Assembly (NCBI GenBank): GCA_012798805.1
Contig: JAAZMM010000019.1
Location: 2,771-66,770 of the forward strand
Length of the DNA: 64,000 nucleotides
Reading direction: 5' to 3'
Origin: Bacteroidales bacterium
GTDB lineage: Bacteria > Bacteroidota > Bacteroidia > Bacteroidales > UBA932
How positions within the stretch are numbered: position 1 is the first letter of the stretch; every line of letters starts with the position of its first letter. Shown here in pieces: positions 30,982 through 39,936 of this stretch. Made by a program: the position numbers and the translations under genes. Below the pieces are notes generated by a model. The model was given only the letters and a program-made list of their open reading frames with translations, was not told the DNA's origin and did not search any database.

Positions 30982-31893
30982 TTGAAACCCAATTCCGACA
31001 TATTTGCTACAACTCTCTCCGACTTCAGATCATGCCTCAAACTGGAAAGATCATTGTCTGACAACACCATAGCCGGATACAACTCCGATTGTTCAAAATT
31101 TTTCGCATTCCTGAAGGAAAAGGACGTTATTTCGCCGGAGGCAGCCTCATCCGAAGATATCTCGGAATATCTCGCGCAAGTAACAAGCGCAGGGCTCTCC
31201 AAAAGGAGCCAGGCCCGTCTTGTAAGTTCTCTCAAAGCACTCTACCGATTTTTAGAGAGCGAAGGGCGGCTCAAAGATAATCCCTGCGACAGGATTGATA
31301 CCCCTAAACCGGGAAGATATCTTCCTGAGGTGCTCTCAGTAGAGGAGGTGGAGCGTATTCTCGACTCTTTCGACCTTTCGAAAAGCGAAGGACAGCGCAA
31401 TAAAACCATCATCGAGGTGCTCTACTCCTGCGGGTTGAGAGTGAGTGAATTAGTGGATCTTCGTATCAGCGACCTTTTTTTAGCCGAGCAATTTATCAGA
31501 GTGACCGGCAAGGGGTCAAAGCAGCGTCTGGTTCCCATAGGTGAGCCTGCAATACGCAGCATTTCCCTCTATATGGAGATCCGTAATGCCGGTCCGGTGG
31601 CAAAGGAAGCGGAGGATATACTCTTTCTTAACCGCCGCGGAAGCAAGCTCACGCGGGAAATGATTTTCCTGATTGTTCGCCGGCAGGCGGAAATCGCCGG
31701 AATCCGGAAAAATGTCTCTCCCCACACCTTCAGACACTCTTTCGCCTCTCATTTGGTGGAAAATGGAGCTGATTTGCGTGTTGTACAGGAGATGCTCGGA
31801 CATGAAAGCATACTCACAACAGAAATTTACACTCACATCGACACTAAAAAATGGCAGAAAACTATTCTGCAATTTCATCCTAAAAGAAAATAA
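30982..31893 (+). CDS. xerD: site-specific tyrosine recombinase XerD
   Basis: 303 aa with LSDNTIAGY..., GLRVSELVDL, HTFRHSFASHL and LGHESILTTEIYTH (R-H-R-Y catalytic set). The start is TTG in the track and no in-frame ATG is nearby. Confidence 0.88.
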   Translation: MKPNSDIFATTLSDFRSCLKLERSLSDNTIAGYNSDCSKFFAFLKEKDVISPEAASSEDISEYLAQVTSAGLSKRSQARLVSSLKALYRFLESEGRLKDNPCDRIDTPKPGRYLPEVLSVEEVERILDSFDLSKSEGQRNKTIIEVLYSCGLRVSELVDLRISDLFLAEQFIRVTGKGSKQRLVPIGEPAIRSISLYMEIRNAGPVAKEAEDILFLNRRGSKLTREMIFLIVRRQAEIAGIRKNVSPHTFRHSFASHLVENGADLRVVQEMLGHESILTTEIYTHIDTKKWQKTILQFHPKRK

Positions 31894-31962
31894 TTTTTGC
31901 TACCTTTACCGATTGAATTTTGAAATGAAATTATAAAATAACACTTAACTTATATTTAAATT

Positions 31963-33159
31963 ATGGCTTACACTACCACAACTAAGCAGAGCTATGGAAA
32001 CAGAGTTTCCAAATCTTTCAAGGGTATCGGCAGCGGTATCCTTCTTTTTATTATAGGTACAGTACTGCTATTCTGGAACGAAGGCAGGACGGTCAAAGTC
32101 AAACGTGCTTTAAACCAAGCCGCTGATGTTACTGTGGAGATGCCCGACATCTCCAGAATAGATCCTCAATTTGAAGGCAAAATGGTACACGCCACAGGCG
32201 ATGCATCTACCGCTGAAATCCTTACCGACGGACTCTTTGGTATTTCACTAAATGCCATCAATCTCTCACGCGATGTTGAATACTATCAGTGGACCGAACA
32301 GAGCAAAGAGGAGAAAAAAGAGAAAATAGGCGGTGGTCAGGAGATCATTACCACATATACATACAGCAAGAAATGGGTCTCTTCACCTGTAAATTCCTCC
32401 GAATTTGCCGATCCTGATTACCAAAATTCCAATTTTGTACTCACTACTATTGAATCAAACCAAATTGTGGCCGATGTGGTTGATTTCGGAGCCTACAAAC
32501 TCCCTCCATTCCTCAAAAACGGTATTAGAAGTTCGGAAACAGCCACTCCACAGCTTACCGAAGAGATGATTAAAGAGTGGAATGAAGTACTATGGAAGAG
32601 AGACAGCTCAGCTACGGTTGCAGTCAGCACAGGCCAGGCCTATTTAGGACGGGATGCTAATAACCCTGAGGTAGGCGATGTCAGGGTGACATTCGGATAT
32701 ACCCCTACTCCACAGACAGTATCTATCCTGGCAGTTGTAATAGGTGACACTTTTAGTCAGTTTGTTGCGAAAAACGGTAAAAATGTTTTCCGCATCGAAT
32801 TAGGCACGGTTCCTGCTGCAAACATGTATGACGCAGCACAGAAAGAGAACAAGGTAATTGCCTGGATTGTTCGCATCATTGCAGTTCTATTGATTATTGG
32901 TGGACTCAAGGGTATTTTCAACTTCCTCAGCACCGTGTTCGCAGTTGTTCCTTTTATACGCAGGATTATCGCAGCAGGTATCAATTTTATCTGCACCGTC
33001 GTCGGCCTTATCTGGAGCCTTTTGATATTTGTCATAGCCTGGATCTCCTATCGTCCCGCACTCGGCATTACCTTCCTTGTCCTAATAGTTGCACTTATAG
33101 TGCTTCTTGTAATGCGCTCAAGGAAAAAGAAAGCCGCAGCCGCAGATATACCCGCTTAA
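31963..33159 (+). CDS. TMEM43/DUF1625 family membrane protein
   Basis: 398 aa with an N-terminal TM followed by WNEGR, a long soluble loop, and three C-terminal TM helices. This is recalled as the DUF1625 architecture. Confidence 0.65.
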   Translation: MAYTTTTKQSYGNRVSKSFKGIGSGILLFIIGTVLLFWNEGRTVKVKRALNQAADVTVEMPDISRIDPQFEGKMVHATGDASTAEILTDGLFGISLNAINLSRDVEYYQWTEQSKEEKKEKIGGGQEIITTYTYSKKWVSSPVNSSEFADPDYQNSNFVLTTIESNQIVADVVDFGAYKLPPFLKNGIRSSETATPQLTEEMIKEWNEVLWKRDSSATVAVSTGQAYLGRDANNPEVGDVRVTFGYTPTPQTVSILAVVIGDTFSQFVAKNGKNVFRIELGTVPAANMYDAAQKENKVIAWIVRIIAVLLIIGGLKGIFNFLSTVFAVVPFIRRIIAAGINFICTVVGLIWSLLIFVIAWISYRPALGITFLVLIVALIVLLVMRSRKKKAAAADIPA

Positions 33160-33170
33160 CAGAAACCATT

Positions 33171-34400
33171 ATGAAGAAACGAGTATTTTTAATTTGCATA
33201 CTGGCTATAGCTTTGATAGCAGGATGTTCAACAAAGGGAGGAAAGAGTCCTCAAACAACTGCCGGAATAAAAGATAATCCCTATCAAGGGTTTCTTACGC
33301 GTGCCGATTTCGGACTCAACGGTCCTGTAAAATCTTTTACCGAGACCAGATACTATGATATGCTGCCTTTCTCACGTACATGGAACTTTGATCCTAAGGG
33401 CAGGGTTATTTCAATTGTCGAAGAAGATGTGCACCCCCAGACCCGTTTGGAAATAAGTATAGATGCTAAAGGGAATCCGGTTGACACGATCTATTCTTTT
33501 ACAGACTTTCTTCAATATGCCTTTGATATGGAGGCCAGCACCTATCTTCCTGATGGAAGGCCTCTTTCTGAGGTATATAGAATGGATGAGGAGCTGGCTG
33601 AAGTATATAACTATTACTACGACGACAATGGACGCTGCATAAGAAAAGACATTGTGGAGAGTAATGGTGAACTTAGAGGTGCTTACCTCTATTCATACGA
33701 TGAAAATGGTAACCTTACAAATGAACAGTACAGAAGCAGCAAATACGCGGTCGATGGTAACGAACTACTCTTAGAGATTGTAAATATATACGACAGCAAT
33801 GGCAATCTGATCGAGACCAGCCATTATAATGCAGGCAAACTCGAGCTCAGAGATCTAATGTATTATAATGACAAAGGGGATCTGTTACGCCATTATTCCG
33901 AGTACGCGAGGGGATCTGCTACCGAGATTATCTACACATTTGACAAAGAGGGCAGGTGCAACGGCGACAGGTTCTATTCCCTTGAAGAGGACGGGCGTGT
34001 GATAATGGCTCGAGATAGCACATTTATCGACGAGGCAGGATACAGGCATCAGGAGCACTACACCTGGACAGGTGGTCTGCACACCAGTGAAGCCATTTTT
34101 GACAAAGAGGGCAAAATGGTAGAATACAATTACTATGGCGAATTTGCCCAGGAATCCCGCATTCCTGACAACACCATTATTTTCCATTACGATAAAGATG
34201 GTTACCTTAGCAAAGCTGACCTCAAGAGCCAATATGATATAGTCCCCTACTACTTCGGAGAGAAGGATAGCTACGGCAACTGGACACGCCGTTCTCTTCC
34301 CCCCGAAGAGGTATTTGATACCTTTGGTATCGGCATACATGAATTTGACTATTTTCTCAGGCATTATGAAAGAACATATACCTATTATGAGGAGGATTAA
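33171..34400 (+). CDS. hypothetical lipoprotein with YD-like repeats
   Basis: 409 aa with lipobox IAGC. It carries repeated Y(Y/S)YD(D/E)NG.L / YDSNGNL / FDKEG / YDKDGYL motifs spaced about 20-25 residues apart. Confidence 0.65.
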   Translation: MKKRVFLICILAIALIAGCSTKGGKSPQTTAGIKDNPYQGFLTRADFGLNGPVKSFTETRYYDMLPFSRTWNFDPKGRVISIVEEDVHPQTRLEISIDAKGNPVDTIYSFTDFLQYAFDMEASTYLPDGRPLSEVYRMDEELAEVYNYYYDDNGRCIRKDIVESNGELRGAYLYSYDENGNLTNEQYRSSKYAVDGNELLLEIVNIYDSNGNLIETSHYNAGKLELRDLMYYNDKGDLLRHYSEYARGSATEIIYTFDKEGRCNGDRFYSLEEDGRVIMARDSTFIDEAGYRHQEHYTWTGGLHTSEAIFDKEGKMVEYNYYGEFAQESRIPDNTIIFHYDKDGYLSKADLKSQYDIVPYYFGEKDSYGNWTRRSLPPEEVFDTFGIGIHEFDYFLRHYERTYTYYEED

Positions 34401-34437
34401 GACGATAAATATTAACTAACATATTAAATTTTATTCT

Positions 34438-34989
34438 ATGGTAACAACATTGATTGTAATAGGCATACTTGCCATTTTGATAATCTGGGTGATTTCCGTA
34501 CAACGGAATCTGGTCAGCAAAGAAGAGTTGTGCAATAATGCCATGAGCCAGATAGGTGTGCAAATGTCGAGTCGCTGGGATGCACTCACAGCACTCGCGG
34601 AGCTCATCAAATCCTATGACGAGCACGAATACAAGACTCTCAGGGATGTGATTGCACAACGCGCAACCATCACCGGCGCAAGTTCTGCGGCTGATACTGA
34701 TATGCAGGAGACCATTCTTACAGATGCTATGAGACGCCTTGCCGTGGTAATTGAGAAGTACCCCGACATCAAAGCGAATCAAATGTACATTAAGACAATG
34801 GACAGCGTCAACATGTATGAAAATCAAGTTCGTATGAGTCGTATGGTGTACAACGACAGCGTAACCAACTATAACAGGCTTATCCGTCAGATTCCCAGTA
34901 ATCTCGTAGCTTCATTGTTCGGTTTCAAATCCAAGGAGTATCTTGAAGAAAACGAGGCTAAAACCGAAATGCCCAAAATGAACCTATAA
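34438..34989 (+). CDS. lemA: LemA family protein
   Basis: 183 aa with an N-terminal TM then NLVSKEE...QMSSRWDALTALAELIK...YNDSVTNYN, the LemA hallmarks. Confidence 0.88.
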   Translation: MVTTLIVIGILAILIIWVISVQRNLVSKEELCNNAMSQIGVQMSSRWDALTALAELIKSYDEHEYKTLRDVIAQRATITGASSAADTDMQETILTDAMRRLAVVIEKYPDIKANQMYIKTMDSVNMYENQVRMSRMVYNDSVTNYNRLIRQIPSNLVASLFGFKSKEYLEENEAKTEMPKMNL

Positions 34990-36701
34990 TGGGAATGAGA
35001 AAGTTACTCCTATTATTGTTGGCCTGCATTGTTGCATTTTCTGCATCAGCGGCAGATCCTGCCATTCGGGATATCAACATCACATATATACTGACACCTG
35101 AAGGCCACGCTAAAGTTACGGAGGTATGGGATGTCACTGTTACAAGTGGGACCGAATGGTATCTGGTGAAATCTAATATGGTTACAGCAAACTCAATTAC
35201 AGATCTCGCAGTGACCGATGAGACCGGCCTCAACTTCATAAATGAAGGTGAATGGGATATAGACAGGAGCCTTGGCAAAAAGGCCGGCAAATGCGGTATC
35301 GTCCATAAAGGAAGTAATGATTACGAATTGTGTTGGGGTGTCGGCTCCTATGGAGACCATATTTTTACAGTACATTACACCATCAACAACTTTGTGTTGT
35401 CAATGGAGGATTATGATGCGATACATTTTCAGTTCATCTCGCCCAACCTCTCCTCCGCTCCCGAACATGCAAAGGTGACTATCAGATATCAGGATGACCT
35501 TTACCAGCTCGATACCTCCAATACTCGTGTTTGGGGCTTTGGCTATGAGGGCACCTGTGAGTTTATAGATGGTGCCATTGTGGCCGAATCCGGCAAGCCT
35601 TTCAGAACTAATAGTTCTGTCATCATTTTGGCTCGATTTGAGAAAGTAATGTTTCAGGATCTTGTCAATATTGATGACCACCTCTTTGAAGAGAGACACG
35701 TCATGGCAATGGAGGGAAGCCACTTTGATGGAGAACCTTCCGATAATGATTACTCAAGCAACAGTGGCCTCAGAGATGCAGTTATTTGGATAGTATGGAT
35801 TTTAGTCTTTATTCTGACAGCTTTCGGCATAAGAAAACAGGGCCACAAGTTCAGGAACATCAACACCTTTGGAGTTAAAAAACTCAAAGATGTGGAGTGG
35901 AGCAGGGAGATTCCATACAATGGAAACCTGCTCGCCACAAATTATGTTATTACCAAAGCCCCTTCCCTGTTTAAGACACGCAATAGTTATGCTATAGCTT
36001 CAGCATATATCCTGAAGATGATACAACAAAATATTCTCATCACAGGTAAGGACGAGAAAGGGAAAATCACTATTGCTTTTAACGACAATGCTGATCTCGG
36101 AAAGCTTGAATCCCCCGCAAAATCACTTTTCAATATGATGAAGTTGGCTAGCGGAGCAAACAAGATTCTTGAAGACAAGGAATTTTCCAGATGGGCCAAC
36201 AAAAACAAAAGCACCCTGATTGACTGGACAAAATCGATCACCAACAAGGGCAAAAAAGCCCTTACTGACGGAGGTTTTTACGCGAAAAGTAGATTTACTC
36301 CACTAGGAGTACAGACCAACAACAAAGTTCTGGGTTTTTTCAAATATTTGCTGGACTTCACTATTATCAATGAAAGAAAAGCAGTAGAAGTGCATCTATG
36401 GCAAGATTATCTGGTATTTGCCACTCTTTTCGGCATTGCCGACAAAGTAGCGAAGGAGCTTAAAGATATTGATCCTATAGCCTTCGAGGAGGTGGTAAAC
36501 TACGATTTCGACACATTTACTACAATTCTACACCAGACAAACTCACTATCCAATGCCATCACGCGGAACTCTTATGAGCCACCAACATCTTCAGGCGGCT
36601 CATACTCAGGAACAAGCTCCTGGAGCGGCGGAGGAGGAAGCTCTTCATTTGGCGGCGGTGGGGGATTTTCAGGAGGCGGCTCCGGCGGAGGAAGCAGATA
36701 A
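34989..36701 (+). CDS. DUF2207 domain membrane protein
   Basis: 570 aa with a signal peptide, central TM segments and a Gly/Ser tail (GGGGSSSFGGGGGFSGGGSGGGSR). Its start overlaps the lemA stop (TAATG), the usual LemA-DUF2207 pair. Confidence 0.8.
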   Translation: MGMRKLLLLLLACIVAFSASAADPAIRDINITYILTPEGHAKVTEVWDVTVTSGTEWYLVKSNMVTANSITDLAVTDETGLNFINEGEWDIDRSLGKKAGKCGIVHKGSNDYELCWGVGSYGDHIFTVHYTINNFVLSMEDYDAIHFQFISPNLSSAPEHAKVTIRYQDDLYQLDTSNTRVWGFGYEGTCEFIDGAIVAESGKPFRTNSSVIILARFEKVMFQDLVNIDDHLFEERHVMAMEGSHFDGEPSDNDYSSNSGLRDAVIWIVWILVFILTAFGIRKQGHKFRNINTFGVKKLKDVEWSREIPYNGNLLATNYVITKAPSLFKTRNSYAIASAYILKMIQQNILITGKDEKGKITIAFNDNADLGKLESPAKSLFNMMKLASGANKILEDKEFSRWANKNKSTLIDWTKSITNKGKKALTDGGFYAKSRFTPLGVQTNNKVLGFFKYLLDFTIINERKAVEVHLWQDYLVFATLFGIADKVAKELKDIDPIAFEEVVNYDFDTFTTILHQTNSLSNAITRNSYEPPTSSGGSYSGTSSWSGGGGSSSFGGGGGFSGGGSGGGSR

Positions 36702-36731
36702 ATTCCATTTGTCCGAATTGCAAAAATAAAG

Positions 36732-36739
36732 TACCTTTG
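36732..36739 (+). promoter_or_regulatory. candidate -7 promoter box for the M23 peptidase gene
   Basis: TACCTTTG lies 18 nt upstream of the ATG at 36758. Confidence 0.45.
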
Positions 36740-36757
36740 CGTCTAAAATAGAATCCT

Positions 36758-37717
36758 ATGAAGCGCAGAGGTATTTTTTTATTGACCTTTATTTTAATAT
36801 CGGTACCGATATCGGGACAAAACAACAACCATACACAAGACACGATTCCACAGAGGGACACCCTCGGATATGACGAAGTTCCAATACCAATAGATACTTT
36901 GGATACCGATGATAAATTCACAAAAATAGTCCTCTACGATGACTACACCTGGGAATATGCCGATATGGGCAGACCGGTAATAGATACAGCGGGATTCTTT
37001 GACTCCTGGGAAGGAACAGGTGTACACTCCTTCAGAGAGATAGCAATCTCGGACCTTCCGGAGGAAGTTGACCTGATGCTGGTGGACTCGCTAAATAGCT
37101 TCTGTGTCCCCTATCAACAAAAAGTGGGTTCCGGATTCAAGTTCAGAAGAACCAGGGAGCACAAAGGTGTGGACCTTTCGCTTAAAACAGGAGACACCAT
37201 CAGAGCTGCATTCAACGGCATTGTGCGTGTTTCGGAAGGAACAAGGAGAACCGGCGGCTACGGAAATCTGGTAGTTATCCGCCATACAAACGGACTCGAA
37301 ACCTATTACGCTCACCTCTCAAAAAGATTGGTGGATAGCGGTGAGGTAGTCAAAGCAGGCGAAGTGATCGGGCTGGGAGGAAACACCGGCCGCAGTTATG
37401 GTGCCCACCTCCATTTCGAAACCAGATACAAAGGGCACCCCTTCGATCCTCAGCGTATCATTGATTTTGAGAATGGCGTACTCAGAGACTCAATATTTAC
37501 CCTCAAAAAACACTACTTCAGCATTTATTCGCACTATGGGCAGACTGACGAAGAGTCTCTGGCTGCTTCTCAACGCATAGTACACACTATCAAATCCGGA
37601 GACACCCTCGGGGCACTCGCCAGGCGATATAATACCACCGTGAGTAAAATCTGCAAACTCAACGGCATAAGTTCCAACAAGATATTAAGAATCGGCCAAC
37701 GCCTGATAGTTAGGTAA
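36758..37717 (+). CDS. M23 family metallopeptidase with C-terminal LysM domain
   Basis: HKGVDL...GNLVVIRHTNGLETYYAHL...GAHLHFE (HxxxD/HxH M23 set), plus a LysM domain HTIKSGDTLGALARRYNTTVSKICKLNGI. Confidence 0.88.
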   Translation: MKRRGIFLLTFILISVPISGQNNNHTQDTIPQRDTLGYDEVPIPIDTLDTDDKFTKIVLYDDYTWEYADMGRPVIDTAGFFDSWEGTGVHSFREIAISDLPEEVDLMLVDSLNSFCVPYQQKVGSGFKFRRTREHKGVDLSLKTGDTIRAAFNGIVRVSEGTRRTGGYGNLVVIRHTNGLETYYAHLSKRLVDSGEVVKAGEVIGLGGNTGRSYGAHLHFETRYKGHPFDPQRIIDFENGVLRDSIFTLKKHYFSIYSHYGQTDEESLAASQRIVHTIKSGDTLGALARRYNTTVSKICKLNGISSNKILRIGQRLIVR

Positions 37718-38500
37718 TATTCTCTCCAGGAGCGCTACGCGCATTGTATCTCCCTCCTTCAGATATAGAGAGTGGAGTTCTTTAAGATAGGTGTAGGCGA
37801 CAAAACCGTACTCTTTGCGTACCAATTCTTCTTCCGGAAGAAAAAACATCTCTCCTTGATTAAATACATTGATGCAGAAAAGCACTTTGTCACCCTCTAT
37901 CCAGGCCGGAATCAGCTTTTCCCGATATTCTACAGGATATACCGGAAGGGAACAATCCTGAATAAACATAAAATAGAGAAGCATCAGAAGGTGTTTTCCC
38001 CCCTCTCTGCTATTGAGAATTGTAACCGGCATCTGATATTCCGGAGAAACATCATCTGACGGGAGCACATTAAATCCGAACCTATGAAAAAAAATGTGGT
38101 TAAAGACCCCGCAACTCTCCATTGCCGTCATCCCGCTACCCAACTCCATGACCATATGCGCAGATTTCTCAACAAATGAATTGACCAATTCGCGCCAATC
38201 TTCTCCTCGATAGAGTAACTTTGTAATCATTACAGTAAAATCGAGCAGCTGCAATTGTTCCCCTTCTTCAAGACGAGCAGCATTATTCATCGAAGTTATG
38301 ACCATTTCATAATAAACCTCTTCCAGGCGTGCACCGGCAACTTCCCTGATGGCAGAATCACATTCACCCGAAACTATCTGCTCAAGAGCGGAAAACATCT
38401 CCGGTCCCTGTCTGATGACTTCTGCCGTTACAGTTTTGGCAACTATGGGGTCAGGGTCATCAAGCAAGGTATAGAGGGAGTGCTGGAGATCAGTTTGCAT
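37685..38500 (-). CDS. hypothetical protein (no family recognised with confidence)
   Basis: 271 aa and soluble. It is translationally coupled to the upstream phosphorylase gene (TGATG overlap). Its 3' end overlaps the M23 gene by 33 nt. Confidence 0.55.
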   Translation of the reverse strand: MQTDLQHSLYTLLDDPDPIVAKTVTAEVIRQGPEMFSALEQIVSGECDSAIREVAGARLEEVYYEMVITSMNNAARLEEGEQLQLLDFTVMITKLLYRGEDWRELVNSFVEKSAHMVMELGSGMTAMESCGVFNHIFFHRFGFNVLPSDDVSPEYQMPVTILNSREGGKHLLMLLYFMFIQDCSLPVYPVEYREKLIPAWIEGDKVLFCINVFNQGEMFFLPEEELVRKEYGFVAYTYLKELHSLYLKEGDTMRVALLERILPNYQALADS

Positions 38501-39393
38501 CAGGAGGATGTGCCGGTAAGTGTATCGAGGGCGAATCTGATAAGATCCTTCATCAAAACATGGTAATCAGGACGACTCTCTTTTGCATAGCGATTTGCTA
38601 TTACAAGACAGATTGTACCTGCGTCGTGCCCCAAAAGTGCAGAGAGACCGGAAATAGCGGAACTCTCCATCTCAATATTAGTAACCCTTCGCTCTCCATA
38701 TCTGAAAGTCTCAAGACTATCTATAAGATTGTCAAATATGAGCGGAAGTCTGACTGATCTGCCCTGAGGACCATAGAAACCAGGAGCTGAGATGGTCATT
38801 CCCATAACCGAATCCTTTTTAAACAATGATATCAGACGCTCCGAGGATTTGATGAAATAGGGAGCTGATAGTCGCTCAGGCCAATCCATATGTCTCACAA
38901 ATGCTGCTTCCATTGTAGCGTCCACAACATCGGGGCAACCTGCATACCAATTTAGGAGACCATCAAATCCGATGGAATATTGAGAAAAAACATGACTTCC
39001 AAGCGGTATATCGGGCTGAACTGCTCCACAAGTGCCGATACGCAGAAGTGTCAAACGTTTGTGTTCCTTTTTGATACATCTGGTATTAAAGTCAATATTA
39101 GCCAGTGCATCAAGCTCTGTGACTACAATATCGATATTGTCCGTACCTATACCGGTGGAAATAACAGAAATTTCCTTACCATTATAACGGCCTGTGACCG
39201 TACGAAATTCACGCGAAGATTTATCAACTCTTATTGAACCTTCCTCAAAAAAGGAGGCCACAAGCTTTACTCTGCCGGGATCTCCCACCAGGATAACGGT
39301 ATCGGCCAGATCTTCCGGAAGAATATGGAGGTGGAATATTGATCCATCGGGATTGATAATGAGTTCAGAGGGTGCAATAGGTAACTGAGACAT
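38500..39393 (-). CDS. nucleoside phosphorylase (PNP/UDP family 1)
   Basis: 297 aa with VILVGDPGRV, SVISTGIGTDNIDIV and IEMESSAI, the phosphorylase family 1 motifs. Confidence 0.8.
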   Translation of the reverse strand: MSQLPIAPSELIINPDGSIFHLHILPEDLADTVILVGDPGRVKLVASFFEEGSIRVDKSSREFRTVTGRYNGKEISVISTGIGTDNIDIVVTELDALANIDFNTRCIKKEHKRLTLLRIGTCGAVQPDIPLGSHVFSQYSIGFDGLLNWYAGCPDVVDATMEAAFVRHMDWPERLSAPYFIKSSERLISLFKKDSVMGMTISAPGFYGPQGRSVRLPLIFDNLIDSLETFRYGERRVTNIEMESSAISGLSALLGHDAGTICLVIANRYAKESRPDYHVLMKDLIRFALDTLTGTSS

Positions 39394-39419
39394 AAGTGTC
39401 GGTTTTTTGGTTTAAACTT

Positions 39420-39427
39420 CAAATATA
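39420..39427 (-). promoter_or_regulatory. candidate -7 promoter box for the phosphorylase operon
   Basis: The plus strand reads CAAATATA, which is TATATTTG on the minus strand. It lies 26 nt upstream of the ATG at 39393. Confidence 0.4.
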
Positions 39428-39440
39428 GGACTTTTTTTCC

Positions 39441-39448
39441 TAATTTTG
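39441..39448 (+). promoter_or_regulatory. candidate -7 promoter box for the DUF4293 gene
   Basis: TAATTTTG. This box contains the TTG that the ORF track used as a start, which argues for the ATG at 39476 instead. Confidence 0.45.
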
Positions 39449-39475
39449 TCAATTCAAACCACACATCAAGGCAGT

Positions 39476-39934
39476 ATGCTCAAAAGATTTCAAACATATC
39501 TTATAATTGCAGCAGCGTTGCTGCTCGGTTCTATGTTGTTTTCCAATATGTGCTATGGCGTCATCCCATCCGATGCCCCTTCGGAGCAGTGGGAACGCAT
39601 TACCATTAGCTTTTATGAAAGAAGCCAGTTTCTGATAATGGCATTCGTGAGCTTCTCCTTATGTGTGATTGCACTCTTTTATCAAAAGAAACGCATAATC
39701 CAGATACGTATCTGTCTGCTCAATTCCATTATTCTTGTTGCTTTTCAGGTATGGATCCTGGTAGAGTTCTTCAAGCTTAGGCCCCTCTATTCCCTTTCAA
39801 TACCATCACTTTTTCCAATCATATCCATTATCCTGATGATGTTGGCCATCAGATATATTGCCAGAGATGAGGCAACGGCTCTATTTTCAGGCGCAGCCCA
39901 AACAAAAAAATCCGTCAAAAATAAGAAAAGGTAA
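39476..39934 (+). CDS. DUF4293-like small polytopic membrane protein
   Basis: MLKRFQTYLIIAAALLLGS... with 4-5 TM segments. The start was moved to the first ATG downstream of the -7 box. Confidence 0.65.
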   Translation: MLKRFQTYLIIAAALLLGSMLFSNMCYGVIPSDAPSEQWERITISFYERSQFLIMAFVSFSLCVIALFYQKKRIIQIRICLLNSIILVAFQVWILVEFFKLRPLYSLSIPSLFPIISIILMMLAIRYIARDEATALFSGAAQTKKSVKNKKR

Positions 39935-39936
39935 CC

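Noticed and set aside
30982-31893. The tyrosine recombinase as a marker of an integrative mobile element
   Set aside because: The sequence is a full XerD-type housekeeping recombinase. It is flanked by nth, a small OMP and membrane proteins, with no transposase, excisionase, conjugation gene, tRNA target or flanking direct repeats.
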